From: Nannocystis bainbridge
Lineage (GTDB): Bacteria > Myxococcota_A > Polyangia > Nannocystales > Nannocystaceae
Direction of reading: 5' to 3'
NCBI RefSeq assembly: GCF_028368995.1
Contig: NZ_JAQNDL010000001.1
Location: forward strand, 3,488,001-3,552,000
DNA: 64,000 bases
The translations under genes and the position numbers were made by a program. Positions 62,853 through 64,000 of this stretch are shown one piece after another; position 1 is the first letter of the stretch; every line of letters starts with the position of its first letter. Below the pieces are notes generated by a model that had not been told where the DNA came from, made no database searches, and was given only the letters and a program-made list of their open reading frames with translations.

Positions 62853-63999
62853 GGCGGAGCTCCGAAGGGCGCGTGGAGCGGCAAGTCTTGAGTTCAGCCA
62901 GTGCGTCGGCGACAAGACGTGCTGCCGCTTCCACCGGCTGGGGGCCGGAAGAGTCATTCATCGGGGTCGTTTCTGCAAGTCCCGCGGCGAGTTTGGACGC
63001 CTGCAGAATCACCGGTGAAAACGCCGCCTCGAGCCCCCGGAGGCCCGTGGATGAGGGCGCAGAGGCGGCTCCCGGGGCGTTCGTGACGGGCCGTGCGAGA
63101 TCTCCCGTACCGGCGCAGGCCAGCACCAGTACGAGCGGCGCTGAGAGATCTCCCGTTCCCGAGGCCGCGAGCAGATCGAGCAACGGCGCGGCTCCGCGGG
63201 CGAGCGGCAGCCCGTCCGCGGGACCGAGCGCGACCAACCGCGGGGCGGCGCCGTGGCGACGGCGGAGTTCGCGGGCGAGATCTTTGAGGCTGCGAAACTG
63301 GGCCGCGCGGGGGACGTCGCCGAGGTCGGAGGCCCGACCCGGCGCGACGACCCGCAGCTCCGCCCCGCCGGCGCTCGCGGCAGCGGCTAGGGCGGCGAGC
63401 AGGGCTGACCTTTCGGACATGTCCTTTTCGCCCTGCCCGAACTGCGCGACGAGGTAGACCGGCGCACCCGCGGGCAGCGACCGCTGCGGCCGCAGGTCGG
63501 GCCGCAGGGCCCAGGTGCGCCGCCAGGCCTGCTCGCGGCGCCAGCGAGCGACTTCGGCGTGGGCGCCGGCGAGCAGCACGTCGGGTACACCGAGGCCGCG
63601 GAAGTCGGGCGGGCGGGTGAAGTGCGGGTGCTCGAGCCAGGCACCATGATCTTCAGGACATGTCTCGGACGACATGTCCTGAAGCGAGAAGCTGTCGCGC
63701 GCGGCCGACTCGGGGTTGCCGAGCACGCCCTCGCGCAGACGGGCGACGGCCTCGATGATCGCTAGCGCGGCGACCTCGCCGCCATTGAGGACGAAGTCGC
63801 CGATCGACAGGCACTCGTCGACGAAGTGCTCGCGCACGCGGTCGTCGATGCCCTCGTAGCGGCCACACAGGAGGCCGATCCGCGGGACCGTGGCGAGCCG
63901 CTCGGCGACCCGCTGGTCGAAGCGCGGGCCGGCGGGGGTGAGGAGGATCCGGTGCATCGGCCCGCGCTCGCGCGTGACGTGCTCGAGCGCCGCGACGAC
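62839..63999 (-). CDS. trmD: tRNA (guanine37-N1)-methyltransferase with long C-terminal extension, 5'-truncated by the window edge
   Basis: [41 protein letters not shown]; frame open to the window end. Confidence 0.95.
   Translation of the reverse strand, partial: VVAALEHVTRERGPMHRILLTPAGPRFDQRVAERLATVPRIGLLCGRYEGIDDRVREHFVDECLSIGDFVLNGGEVAALAIIEAVARLREGVLGNPESAARDSFSLQDMSSETCPEDHGAWLEHPHFTRPPDFRGLGVPDVLLAGAHAEVARWRREQAWRRTWALRPDLRPQRSLPAGAPVYLVAQFGQGEKDMSERSALLAALAAAASAGGAELRVVAPGRASDLGDVPRAAQFRSLKDLARELRRRHGAAPRLVALGPADGLPLARGAAPLLDLLAASGTGDLSAPLVLVLACAGTGDLARPVTNAPGAASAPSSTGLRGLEAAFSPVILQASKLAAGLAETTPMNDSSGPQPVEAAARLVADALAELKTCRSTRPSELRHEQQ
63401..63438. repeat. 14-bp-period array (intragenic, trmD extension)
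   Basis: Cores at 63404, 63418, 63432. Confidence 0.75.
63642..63679. repeat. 14-bp-period array (intragenic, trmD core)
   Basis: CATG cores at 63645, 63659, 63673. Confidence 0.85.
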
Positions 64000-64000
64000 C

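Overview
High-GC myxobacterial chromosome segment, Nannocystis/Polyangiales-like by gene content (inference). The left half holds the 3' end of a c-type cytochrome, a CrtA-like gene, a DUF4178-like gene, hrpB, feoAB, mscL, exbD, lipoproteins, a USP, a P450, an Rpn-like protein, a sulfite-oxidase-family enzyme, a PlsA/PlsR(Ger)-like activase/reductase pair, a glutaredoxin-rhodanese-NifU fusion, two tRNA-Leu, tatD, an LRR lipoprotein and thiD. The right half holds an FHA-GAF-cyclase, a large gliding-motility cluster (gltC-D-E-F-G-TPR-gltI with a divergent cglC/gltK-like gene), yraN, rplS and trmD. The most striking unexplained signal is a dispersed family of phase-locked arrays with a strict 14-bp period, built from a degenerate palindrome GGA-CATG-TCC plus a 4-nt spacer. 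I counted more than 20 such loci by eye. They sit just downstream of stop codons and also inside coding sequences (crtA-like, hrpB, feoB, thiD, trmD), and in trmD one appears to be an in-frame insertion. All family assignments come from motif recognition, not database searches.
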